Assembly: GCA_964057225.1 (NCBI GenBank)
Contig: OZ059897.1
Span: 12,028,001-12,092,000, forward strand
Length of the DNA: 64,000 nucleotides
From: Auanema rhodensis
Lineage: Eukaryota > Animalia > Nematoda
Direction of reading: 5' to 3'
Part shown: positions 1 through 14,097 of the stretch, one piece after another
How positions within the stretch are numbered: the first letter of the stretch is position 1
Layout: each line of letters starts with the position of its first letter
Notes under the pieces: model-generated
Databases searched by the model: none
Seen by the model: only the letters and a program-made list of their open reading frames with translations
What the model was told of the DNA's origin: nothing
Position numbers and translations under genes: made by a program

Positions 1-736
1 CCCGAAGGTTAGGGAAAGGGGGATCACATTGTGATACAGATAACTATAAATTTATAATATTTTAAAAAGATTAAATAATAATTATTAATCTTTTTTAATT
101 TGTAGTTTGTATTCTCTATCTTATTTCTTATTTTATTTACAACAAAACACGTGTTTATACAGTCATATTTTCGAATAAACAAAAAAGTAATTCAATTGTC
201 CTCTGTATATTTGGCTTTCGAAGCACAGTATTTGATTTAGAGTATGGTTTCATGCGTCTAGCTATGTTTGATACAATCTATTGTATTTCTTTCACTGTTT
301 CTTCTTTCCCTCATTGCTTGTTAAGCTTCTTTATTGAATCTCTCTCCCACCCTCTCCCTCTCTCTCTTTATCTTTTCTCTCTATCGCTATCTTCTCTCTC
401 TCTATCTTTTTATCATCACGTCCTTTATTATCTCACAGTGTGTTCTTCCTATTCTTAATGAAAACAGATCAAAGTACGAGAGGTCTTTTTCTGGTTAGAA
501 TGCTAAAAATATGTTTTCTATCGTCCAAAATGTTCACTAATGCAACATGACAATTTTTTTATTACGATTATGGTAACCTAATTTTAAATTTGAACGAAAA
601 GTACTTTGAAAATATTAATTATATGGCTTTTGATCAAAACCTTCAAAAATGAGCAATGATATTGTGTGTTAAAATGAATAATATGCAAATAAATTTAATA
701 GTTTATCCATAATCTATCATGTGATTCAACTGATAA

Positions 737-2287
<1,551 letters not shown>

Positions 2288-2598
2288 TAATTAAAACTTT
2301 TATGGAAGTCAATTAAGTATACGATGATTTATAGATTTTATTGAATATTCTTGAATTTGACTTTTCTTGGAAATTTCAAATTTTATTTTTCCACAAAAAA
2401 AAACTTTATCTTTAGCATTTAACATAATGGGAATATATCTGTATATAGACTTTATTATTAAAAAATATTTTTTAATTTATTAGCCTCTTCATATAAACTA
2501 TTAATAAAAAAATTATAAATGTATATAGTTTTCTTATTTTACTATATTTTTCATCTTCAGTTAGTATATATACCACCTCATCATTCCCCCAGTTCACG

Positions 2599-4499
2599 CT
2601 AATTCGGTATTGATGAAGTTTCATCTAATGGTGGGGCTGATGCTTTTTTTGTCTTTGATAAGCATTCATATACTTTACGTGTTAATCGGTTACAAGTGAA
2701 AACATGTTCTCCTGCACCAGCTTTCATAGCATTGGTTAAGTATGCAATGACAAGCTTGTTTTCTGGATCCATTTTTACAATTTGGCCTCCGACACCACTG
2801 TGACCGATTTGCCACGTTTTCTGAAATAATAGAAAGATTGAAGATATTAAAACTGGCTAGATATCACCTTTGGACTAAATGTATACATAAAGCCATAAGA
2901 TTTACTTTGTTCTTCACCTATAGTATGATCAAACTGTTTTGGATATAAAGGATCACTAAGCCTCTAAATGCTTGAATTGTACTTAAGTTCCTGTATTTAG
3001 CATCTTACAGCAAATGTTTGTGGAGATATAATAGTATTATCCATGAATAATTGATGAAGCTCCGCTAACGATCTAGCAGTTGCTACTCCATTAACAGCAG
3101 GTTGGCCAGCAATTCGAAGCTCGGGATTATTATAACTAAGGAAATTCTGAAATCATCCAACTATTTCTTCATAATATTAATAAAATTTAAAAAGAAAAAT
3201 AGAATATTAATTAAAGAACACATGTTGTTTTCACTAATAATTCAATATGGTCATTGAAGTTAAGAGTTAAATTTTTCTATTTTCTGGACCTCCAAAACAG
3301 TCACATGCTGTATTTGAATTACTTCATGGCCTAGCTAGTTCGATTTTAACTTCCAAAAACAAAATTTAATAAATCCGTAAACAGTCTACCTTTCCAAAAC
3401 TTTTCATATTAAGAATTGCCTTAGTAAAATAACCTCTAGGGTTATAATAGTAGCTACCAATCTTAGCAATGGCCTTGTCATAAGCAACTTCTCTGAAAGT
3501 AAAATATAACAATTTTCGAGAATACAATTTGAAGTATTGAAAACCTCAATGACAATGGTTTGTATATATCGGTTAGTCGTGCTATTCGGCCTTCTTCTGA
3601 AGCACAATCACCAATATGGATATCCAAATGATATTTGTCAGCAATTTCTTCTTTAAAAAATACTCCAATATTTCTCTTATTTTCATCAATTCGTCGAAAT
3701 ATCTAAGTTTTTAAATAAATATATTTTAATTTTAAATTATGTTGAACGTTACTTGGTCAGTTAACCATCCAAATGTTAATGGTTGATATGCTGTTTTTGA
3801 ATTAGGCTCAAAAACAAGTTCACATTCTTCAATAATTTTTGACATTTTGTCATTATCAGTCAATTCTGCTAAGCTCAGTACTTTATTTCCAAAAAAGGGT
3901 AACCCTGCCTGAAAAACATAGACAATTGTTTTTAAATCATTATTAATATAACAAATACATACTTTATGTGATAATACCATTTGTATAGTGATATTTTCTT
4001 TTCCATGTTGTCCAAATTCAGGCCAAAATTTGGTCACTTTATCTTCATAATCACATAGACCACGATCAATAAGTCGAGCAAAACATATAGTTGCTATACT
4101 CTGGATTAATTAATATTATTTTATTATTTAAAAAAATATAAATCAAACCTTAGTACAACTGAAAATAGTTGTTAAAGTATCTTCTCTCCATAAACGATTA
4201 CATTCACGATCAGCATAACCTCCCCAAATATCAATGACCTTCTTGCCTTCATGAAAAACAGCAAAACAAGCACCACCACGTTCCCATCCTTCTTGAAAAT
4301 TATTTCTTAAAACAAATTATTACATTTAAAAATATAAATATAAATAAGAAAATATAAATTTTTGAATAAAAAAATATAAATAGAAGCTAATAATTGAATT
4401 TCTAAAACTAATAAAACTAATAACAAACCTGAATGAAGTTTCTACATCTTCGAATCCTGGACTGCAAGTTCCTTCAATATGATATTCCTTCTTCCTCAT
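2599..4499 (-). CDS. Beta-lactamase-related serine hydrolase (nematode lact family)
   Basis: Spliced translation contains WERGGACFAVFHEGKKVIDIWGGYAD, catalytic IFSCTK (SxxK), WPEFGQHGKENITIQMVLSH, AYQPLTFGWL, GNPAVNGVATARSLA and GHSGVGGQ...YLTN. Confidence 0.88.
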
Positions 4500-4996
4500 A
4501 TCATAAACTCAAAAATCTTGAACAGATAGCAAAACTTTTGAGATGATTATACTGAACATAAGATGAGACAAGGAGGGGCTAGATAAAGGTAGATAGGCCA
4601 AGGTCGTCTTCACAACGATGGGACGATACGAGACATAAGTCACTCAAGAAAACATGTACGACGATTGAAATTTTGAAAAATTGTTTGAATTAAAGTAACC
4701 AATATACGTATATATCAGAAGTACATACGGAATTTCAGAAACTATAAGTATAACACTAACTTCTTTATCGTTCCATCTGATTTACCATAAATGATCGTTA
4801 AAATAGAATTCTTCTTCTTAACTTCCAAATATAACAATAGATTTTGGTGTACTTTTAGTTTATAAAGTTTTAGAAAAATGAACATTGGTTTATAAAGTTG
4901 ATCATTTTAGGTGAACATGAATTTTTAATTTTATTTATTTATACATTTATACATTTATATTTGTTTTTTTTTTAACAATAACGTTGAATAAATAAG

Positions 4997-6954
4997 CTAT
5001 TTTCCCATTGGTGGATCAGGTATAGCATCAACTGAAGCTTGTGGAGGTAATACAAATCCAGGAGGAAAGATTGTTCTCGTTTTTTCCACAGTAATTGTCT
5101 CAACTGGCATGCCTGGCAGGCCGTGAGGAGAACCAGCATGTGAAGGAATCTGAAATTGTTTTTATTTTTCTATGAAATATTGAAGGAAGACTAACCTCTT
5201 CGTAATGATCGCTCTGAGGGGGACCTATAGGCTGGTTGTTTGGTTGATTATTGAAAGGTGGATTCATTGGGGCAGGAACATCAGATGGTTTCATGGATTT
5301 TTGAGCGTCATAATCAGTTACATGAATTAATGGAACATTAATTATTTTAGGGCCATTATAATTTGAATTGGAATCTGGAGCTGATCCATAGCTTGAAGGA
5401 GCTACTGGTGCTCCATAATCAGATTTCGGATGACCATAGTCAGATACAGGCTCAGGAGGATGTGGAGGTTCCATTGGTGGTGGTGAATAGTCAGATTTTG
5501 GATGATCATAGTCAGATACAGGCTCAGATGGATGTGGAGGTTCCATTGGTGGAGGTGAATAGTCAGATTTTGGTGGACCGTAATTTGAGATTGGAGCAGG
5601 CATGCGTGAACTAACTATGGTAGTATCGTAATCCGAAATGGACCCTGGAGCGCCAGAATGAGCTTCTGATGCTCCATAATCAGATTTCGGATGACCATAG
5701 TCAGATACAGGCTCAGGTGGATGGGGAGGTTCCATTGGTGGTGGTGAATAGTCAGATTGGGGAGGACCGTAATTTGAGGTTGGACCTGAAGCATCTGGTT
5801 GCATCCTTGGTGCCCCATAGTCAGATTTTGGATGATCATAGTCAGATACAGGCTCAGATGGATGTGGAGGTTCCATTGGTGGTGGTGAATAGTCAGATTT
5901 TGGTGGACCATAATCTGAGATTGGAGCAGGCATGCGTGAACTAACTATGGTAGAATCGTAATCCGAAATCGATCCTGGGGCGCCAGAATGAGCAACTGGT
6001 GCTCCATAGTCGGATTTTGGATGACCATAGTCAGATACAGGCTCAGGTGGATGTGGAGGTTCCATTGGTGGAGGTGAATAGTCAGATTTTGGTGGACCAT
6101 AATCTGAGATTGGAGCAGGCATGCGTGAACTAACTATGGTAGATTCGTAATCCGAAATCGATCCTGGGGCGCCAGAATGAGCTACTGGTGCTCCATAGTC
6201 GGATTTTGGATGACCATAGTCAGATACAGGCTCAGGTGGATGTGGAGGTTCCATTGGTGGTGGTGAATAGTCAGATTGTGGAGGACCGTAATTTGAGATT
6301 GGAGCAGGCATGCGTGAACTAACTATGGTAGAATCGTAATCCGAAATGGACCCTGGTGCGCCAGAATGAGCTACTGGTGCTCCATAGTCGGATTTTGGAT
6401 GACCATAGCCGGATTCAGATTGAGGCTGCATAGGAGGTGAATAGTCAGACTGAGTAGGACCGTAGTGTGAGATTTGACTAGAAGAAACTGAAGACATGAC
6501 TGGAGCACCATAGCTAGATTGATGTGGCGAATAATTAGAGATAGAACCTGAGAAAGATCCGTAGTTAGAGAAGCCAGGTGAAAATTGACTTATTTTTTCG
6601 ATTGTTATAGTTCTTTGTTGATTTTTATATGAATTTTGATATCCGCTATTTATATCGGAGTTCATAGAATTTCGATAATCGTCTCTGTTATCATCATTGA
6701 AACTATTCCAATGATTTCGCCATAATCTGTGATTCCATCTAGGTGATATTGGACGATTAAGATACGAATTTTCTTGTTGAATATACGATTGCCCATCTAA
6801 ATTTGAATCGAAATTATTAAAGTTAGGTCGTCCATATCCGCCTCGTTTAACTCTAAATAAATAATAAATCAACAATCATCAAATATTAAATTTACCTTAA
6901 TGCTGTACACAAACTGCATAAAATTAGGAATAGGTATGAATATTGTAAGCGCAT
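4997..6954 (-). CDS. Secreted Pro/Ser/Tyr-rich tandem-repeat protein (probable cuticle or eggshell structural protein)
   Basis: Exon 1 MRLQYSYLFLILCSLCTAL is a signal peptide, followed by an RVKR furin site. The large exon (ORF 5100-6875) carries repeated SDYGAP/SDYSPPP/SDYGHP units. After a short intron the last exon ends ...PDPPMGK* (TAG 4997-4999). Confidence 0.8.
5395..6430. repeat. Coding tandem repeat, ~180 bp (60 aa) unit with internal sub-repeats, about 5-6 copies
   Basis: Blocks such as 'gaccatagtcagatacaggctcag' and 'gagcaggcatgcgtgaactaactatggtag' recur at 180 bp spacing (e.g. ~5925, 6105, 6285). Confidence 0.92.
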
Positions 6955-7525
6955 TTCTATGAAGTTCGAAAGGTTCGTTTGATAAATAAATAGTTTTCCT
7001 AACTATCTCTATACCTTTTAGAACAAACTAGTTTGAAACATAAAAGAAAATTCCAAAAAAGCTATAACAATTATAGAATATATTACACATTTCAATGTTG
7101 AATGAAAATTTGATCTTAAAAAAACTATTTCTATTCATTCGTCATTCAGTTTCAGTGACGGCTTCCTTGTCAGATTTCAAGCCAAAAAAGCATTATAGTT
7201 CTTCTAATAGCTGTCATTGTTCAGCGAAAAGTTTTGATTATGAAGAAGAAATCCTTTTCAATTGTTCTCTATTTGTTAAATAAAAATACTTTTATATACA
7301 TAAATATTTGAATGTATTAGTCAACAGATATTAAATATCAAATTTAAAACATTTAAGATTATTCATCAAATAATCTTAACTTCTTCTTCTTTTTTTTTAT
7401 TGTTCTGACTTATCGTTCTAATTTAATTTTTCTAGAATTTTCATTTTTCTTTAAATATAGTAAAAATTATTTTAAATTAATGTTTTTCTTTGTTTTTCAT
7501 ATGTATATTTTATTTTTAATTTTAG

Positions 7526-8175
7526 ACTCTTTTCAGAATATGTTAAATCAAGCAACATTATACTCCATCAAGATACGTTGACAACAATGGCATGTTCCTC
7601 GAAATTCCTTCCGTCAGACATTTTTTCTTCTCTCTCTATTTCCAAAATGTAAGTATATTCTATATTTCTATTTCATATCTTTGCTCTTTCATCAATAATT
7701 TTATAGAGTTCAGAAAAGATCGTTTTTTTCCTATGTAAATCTATCAATAAAGAGAAATACTCGTAAACTTTGCAATTTCCCAAAGCTAAGTAAATCTAAT
7801 TAGATTTTAGTTTGTCAGAAACTTTCATTATATTGTATTATGTTAACTATGGCTTTTCTCTCTCTTACAAGCTTCATTTCAACCTTTTTTTCAAATATAC
7901 TCTCAGTGTTTTTATTGATGTATAAAGAATATATAAGAGAATCAACTTGTTCAAAATGTGGGAATGGCCTTGAAAGTAGAAATATCCATAGAACTATTAT
8001 AATGGACGGAAAAAAACAAAATTGCACATTCTCATGTAACCTACATCCAGCTTTATTCCAACTTTTAGAACTTAAGTTTGCTTTACATGGAATATTTCCT
8101 TCAGTTCTTGTAAATCCATCAAACTTTATTAAGAAAATGCATATATTTTACATTGATATTCTAAAAAAAAGTTAA
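7526..8175 (+). other. Possible degenerate multi-exon gene or pseudogene with a TSP1-like Cys motif
   Basis: Exon-like segments are bounded by AG/GT (7526-7648, 7707 onward) and ORF 7840-8175 contains STCSKCGNGLESR...CNL. No complete model could be built. Confidence 0.22.
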
Positions 8176-8611
8176 TGTTCATGTAAACTACCCTATTATC
8201 CTGTTTTTCTTTATATTTTACTTGGAAATAGTCAACGGTTCTTAATGCATCCTTATGCACTTTTTGACCTAAGTGTGCATCGTTTCATAAAATAATCGGG
8301 AAGTCAAAAGATGCATAAAGTGAAAGCTACAAGTAGAGGAAGTGACATGAAAGTATTGTTCGATCGTCTTAATGGATTAGTTTTGTTGAATTTATTCATT
8401 GCTTCTATTTTTATTGATATTAGAAATAGATTAAATTACTTTCTTCTGCATAAGAAATGGCATTGCTGAGTGTGGGAAGGACAGTCTTATTTCAGATGCA
8501 TTTTCCTCTTTTCTTGTTCCTTGTATATATCTTCAATGTTTTCTTTATTTGTATCTCTATTTTCAAATGCTTCTCCTTACTATATAGTATTCCATTTCAG
8601 CTGGTAGTTAC

Positions 8612-9538
8612 ATGTTTCTATGCTGTACTACTTATTTTTTCTTAACAGCTTATGGGGTTAGTTTTGAAGCATTTCAAACTCTCTTTATAATGTATAAAAT
8701 TTGCAGTTCAATCTTTGTTAGCAGATATTATATGCTATTCATGCGTGTCCTTAAATCACAGGTTTGTAAGGATAATTTTAGTTAATATTACACTTTTCTC
8801 AAAAACTTAGAGCTAACAATCGCGAGAAAAGTATATCACTTCATCAATTTCCTGAGAGCGATATCACAGATTTATATTATTCCATGGGAAAGGTAGTCTT
8901 TGAATATGTTGTGTTAAAGTCGAAAGAATGTTTCAGAGTGGATTAAATATTCCAGAATATTCGGATACTTGCTCGGATGTGCCTGCGTCAGTACAGCCAT
9001 TATTTTTAAATACTCCTATTGCTGTATGTAGACCTTCTGCAGGAACTGAGGCGCAGTGCGCCAAATTGAGCTTTAGTTTCAAAGGTTTCACGTCTTATTA
9101 CAATAAATTATTCAGTAATTTTTTTAGGAGAAAGAGTCGTTGTACGACAATGTATGAACGAAATTTTTATAGATGAGAATATTCAAAAAACCTTCCAAGA
9201 TACATGCCATTCTAGTCTTACTAAAAGGGAGGTTTCAACATTGGTTAATTTTAATTATGTGAACAACATTTCAAACAGTTATTTAAAAAATCGTGAACGG
9301 TTGAGATTTATTTTTTTTTTGGAACATATTTATCACTTTTACTTTTTTTTCAAACGATACTTCTAAAATCATAAAAATTATTTGATTATTTTCGAAATAT
9401 TTTATGTTTAGAACAATCTTCCACTTAAAAAATGTAACTTTGTGTGGATGCGAGAAGTCTCTGTGCAATATATCGTCGACTTTTTACAATACTTACCTGT
9501 GGATTGCTTTTTCAATTATATATTACTATATTATGTAA
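8612..9538 (+). CDS. Ly6/three-finger GPI-anchored protein, ODR-2/HOT-like
   Basis: A tttcag acceptor precedes MFLCCTTYFFLTAYGVQSLLADIICYSCVS. Internal Cys are spaced as expected (YSDTC, AVC, QCAKL, VVRQC), and the terminal LCGCEKSLCN is followed by a hydrophobic tail. Confidence 0.75.
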
Positions 9539-9818
9539 TTACTTAAAAATAGATGTAAACTGACAAAAAATTCTGTATGATAATATATAAAATATAAAAT
9601 GTTTTTTTTTGTTAGTTTGAAAGTAGGATGAAGACTTTCGCTATACCAATCAAAATATTGTTTATTGAAATTTGATCGCAATTCATGTCATATAATCAAT
9701 ATTTATCTAGCTTTATTTTCAAATAACCAATTATCGAAATACAACATTACTGTACAACAATATTACCTATAATATCCTTCCTTCAGGCTTGTTGTATATA
9801 ATCAATTAGTTAAGTACC

Positions 9819-12800
9819 ATGTCGGACTCAGCACAAAACGGGATATTTATTCGTACAAATCATGACCTTAAGCGTGATATTCAGTCTGATATGCGGTAAT
9901 AAAATAAAATAAAAATAGCTAAAAAAGATTAACTTCAGGACTTCAAGCAGCAACCAAGTTCATACAGTACGAGTATGTAATCAAACAATGCTTGTAGCGG
10001 TTCAAAATAAGACAATTGTTTGTCGATCATTGTCTAGTTCTAATAAGCCTACGGGTTTGTTCGAAAATATTATAACAATGAGGAAAAGTGTTTTTTTTCT
10101 AGAAATAGTAGTTCCAATATCAAATTCTGATAGTATTCAATATTTACATATGTCACCGACTGGATTTCATGCTTTTGTATCAAGTTTAGCAGGCGATAAC
10201 TTTTACATTAATATTAAGAACAATTCCGTAGCACCAATCAAAAAATTGAAGGTTTCATATTAACTGCAATTCTGTTAACTAATGTACTCTAATAGGATCA
10301 AATTAGTGCTGTAGGTTGGAATCCTGAATATCTAAAAGAAACTGAGACAGGACCAATTCTGCTTGGATCAACGCATGGTACAATCGTAATCTTGAAAATG
10401 ACAAACATGTTTTTCTAGGAGCTATATACGAAACAAATTTATCATCTAGTGGAAACTTAACTTATTTCAAGGAACATTGTAATAGATTTGGTAGAGAAAG
10501 AGTGTCTGAACAAAAGATTTGTGAGCTTCGGTTTTTCGTTATCAATGATGATGACCCCAAAGCTGCTAAGTAGGTTTTACAATTTAGTTAAATATTTTAT
10601 TTAACTTTAAGATGGGTTTTATTTGTATTGCAACCTGGAAGATTGCATTCGATATATGCTTTAGTTGGTGCTCCCCCAGCTATGAGATCGAATTATCTTA
10701 GTAGTGCTAGCCTACAAACTTTTGTGCCTCTACCTGACGTTCCCCAACACATATTCCATCCTTTCTTTGCTCCTAAAGGTTTCAATTTTTATTATTAGTA
10801 CCTTATAAAATAAAAAATATTATTAGTACTTTATAATTTAAGATTCTCAACAAACTACGCTTTGTATGCCAGCCTCTGACAACGCTCCAACTAATCTCAC
10901 AGATATGCTTGCATTTTATCCCGGAAGAGAAGATGTGTCACAGCCTTTTCGGTTTTTGTGGCTAGGATCATCCGGATATACCGTTGGAAAAGTCATTAGT
11001 ATTTCGTTATTGTCCTCTGAATAACCTATTGTATTTAGGTTAATCTAATGGCGGACAAAGCTCGAGATATCGTGGAAGAAGAAAAGCATACCGAGTAATT
11101 ATAGAGCTTTTTAAAGAAATATTACTTTTTTGATTTTAGACATCGCCGTGTAGAAGGATTAATACAATGTCCTATAGGAATATCTTTAACAGAATTTCAT
11201 ATGATATTAGCTTATCAAACTCGTTTAGTAGCAATATCTCTGTTTAATCATGCTGTTGTATATGAAGATATATGGCCATCGGTATGGAGTGATTCAGACT
11301 AATTTTTTTAGTTTTATGTTTTTAGGAATATGGTAACTGTATTGGTTTAACTTTCGATAATTTAGCAGAATATCATTGGCTTTTTACTCCCACAACTACT
11401 CTAAGATATAGACCTAATGATGAGGGACGGTATGTTTTTCTATGGCAACAATAAGTTAGATTTTAATTCTTTCAGATATGTTTGGCGATATTTTTTGGAC
11501 AATCGCGATTATGCTCAAGCACTTTCAGTAGCTCGTGATCGTTTAAGTGTAGATCCTGATGCGTATCAACTTGTTTTAAAAAAACAAGCTGAGAAGTTTA
11601 TTGCAGAGCAGAAGTAAATATTTTTTCTGCTACATTTTACAAACATGTCTTTAGTTACTCTGCTGCTGCGGAAATTTTATGTCAATCAACTGAGCCTTTT
11701 GAGACTGTTGTTCTTAAGCTTCTGTCTGCAGACGATGATAGGCATCTTGGCTTGAAAACACTGTTAGAGAAGAAATTAGAAAGGCTAACTGGAGCTGATG
11801 TTTCATTGAAGAAATAATATATTATTACCCTTCCCTTTTTTCAGGATAGAATGAAAAGAGATGCTTTGGTTATATGGCTTCTCGAAGTTCAGCTGAGTGA
11901 GTTAGCTAAGTTCAGGCGCGAGCCGTCTAATTCTGACGTGGTAGCAGAATTAGAGTTGCAACTTCAAAGGTTTTTAACTAAAAAAGTTGTATATGTGAGT
12001 AAATCTTTTGAAAATATATTGATAATGAACAAATTTAGGAATCTGTATCAGTTAATCAAGAAGCTGTTTATCGTTTAATGGTTTCTCATGCAGATTTTAG
12101 CTCTCAACTGTATTTAGCTAAACAACTAAAAGGTATGATGTTCTTTAGATCATGTAATATCCTCATCCTTAGATTATCCAACTGCAATCAATATTCATAT
12201 CCTACAAGAGCAATACAAGGAAGTACTTGATATTCTAGTTCAATTGGTATGGTATACTTCAACTTGTTTTTTCAGACTTTTTTTTCAGAACTCACCAGAA
12301 GCGTTTTACGAATACAGTCCCCGACTTGTGGAACATATACCTTTTGAGTTATTCCATCACTTAATTGATAATGAGTCTATCAAACCTTCAAGAATGATTA
12401 CTACACTATGTAAATGCCAAAAAGTAGTGAAAGTTGTATGTTTTACCTAGTTAAGATTTCAAAAGTTTATGAAATTATTTTGCAGGCTAAACAATGTATT
12501 CGTTATATTGAATGGGCTATTACTCTACCAAATTATTCTCATGATCTTACTTTAAATAATCTTTTAATACTTCTTTATGCTCAGTATAGTACAACTAAGT
12601 GAATATTTAGAAAATTTTATATATTAAAAATGGTTTGATTTCAGATTACACGAATACTTTGTAGATAATGGAAGAGATAAAACATGCTTGCCATATGATT
12701 TAGAATTTGCTATCAGAACCTGTGAACAATACGGTATGTTACATTACTTCTACTTATTCTCATTTTGAAAACTTTCAGGGCACGATAAGTCTCTCATATA

Positions 12801-13941
12801 TTTGTATTGTGTTTCGGAACTATTTAATGAAGCTGTTGATAAGGCTTTAGAGGTTGAAATTATCTATACTTCGAGAATAGGATGTCGTGATTTAGATTAA
12901 ATTAGACTTAGCAAAAGACTGTGCTAGGTTGATGGACGCTGATGTTGATGATATAGTATTAGGATTAGAACCTAAATATTCAAAAGAAGATAGAAAACGT
13001 ATTTGGTTAAAAATAGGTATTTTCCTACGTTAATTATATTATTTCTATCAATTTGTTTCCAGCAAAAAATGTTATTGAAAAGGAAAAAGATGCTGCGAAG
13101 TGTATCGATCTTCTTAAAGAATCAAATAATGCTATTTCTATCCAAGATATATTTCCATATTTCCCGGATTTTACAAAGATAGAACATTTCAAAGATGCTT
13201 TGTGTGACTGTTTAAAAGATCACTCGAAAAGCATTTTGGTATAAAGTTTTCAGTTGATTCCATAAACCTTATGAATTTTCAGGAAATTCAGCAATCACTT
13301 AAAGAAGCTACTCAAGTTGCTCAAGAAATACGAGAAAGAACTGATCGATTAAAGAACAGGTTTATATGATAATTATGTCTTCTATCTTATACCGTATTTG
13401 AATTAAGGGTAACTATAGTGAAAGCTGGTGATGTATGTGCTGTTTGTAAGCACTCATTAGCTGGCAGACCGTTTTATCCATTTAATTGTCGTCATTTCTT
13501 CCACAGAGAATGCTTAGAAGAATCAGCGAATGTATTTTTATCTTTGGTATGTCGTAGTTGTCTTAGCTTATGATGTATGCTTGTAATATCTTAAAGGAAG
13601 ACCGTCAAAAATTAGCGGACTTGATCATTCGAGAAAAACGAGTTCTTGGGCAGATTGAAATTGAAGAGCGGTCACCTGGTAAAGGAAGTGCTCTTGCTGG
13701 TTTGAAAAATATTCATTTCTCGCAATATAATTCACGTTACAGAAAGAGAAGCTCGATTTCGGCAGATTGTTGGTGAAATTGATGACATATTAGGCACTGA
13801 TTGTCCTTTGTGTGGAATGATGGCAATTGAGTGAGTGCTTTGAATATTTACAATATTAAAAAACATTTTTTCAGTTTGATTGATACACCGCTTTTCACAG
13901 ACGTAGACTATGCTGATGATCTAGATTCCTGGCGAATTTGA
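9819..13941 (+). CDS. vps-18: Vacuolar protein sorting 18 (HOPS/CORVET core subunit)
   Basis: HMSPTGFHAF, ISAVGWN...TGPILLGS, LTEFH, DEGRYVWRYFLD, LVIWLLEVQLSEL, IQDIFPYFPDFTKIEHFKDALCDCL and a C-terminal RING (CAVC...FNCRHFFHREC...DCPLCG). Stop TGA at 13939-13941. Confidence 0.95.
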
Positions 13942-14097
13942 AAAAATACAATAATTTTTAAACATTTTTTTTGAATTTCTGGTCAGAAATATGTGATATA
14001 TACATATTAAATTATTTTTTAATTTTATGTGTTCAAGGTTTTCCTTAGCATACTGCAATATATCACTACACAATATAGTAGGCCCTTTTTTCAGTCG

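Noticed and set aside
252-458. ORFs rich in SLSLSL or ERERER (also 55856-56162 and 60461-60814)
   Set aside because: They are translations of (CT)n microsatellites, with no splice structure or family motifs.
2599-4499. Beta-lactamase-like gene as bacterial HGT or contamination
   Set aside because: It is intron-rich, matches host composition, and belongs to the widespread nematode lact family.
5363-5944. Plus-strand repetitive ORFs
   Set aside because: They are antisense shadows of the coding tandem repeat.
5395-6430. Regularly spaced repeats as a CRISPR-like array
   Set aside because: The units are whole in-frame coding repeats without unique spacers, in a eukaryotic context with no cas genes.
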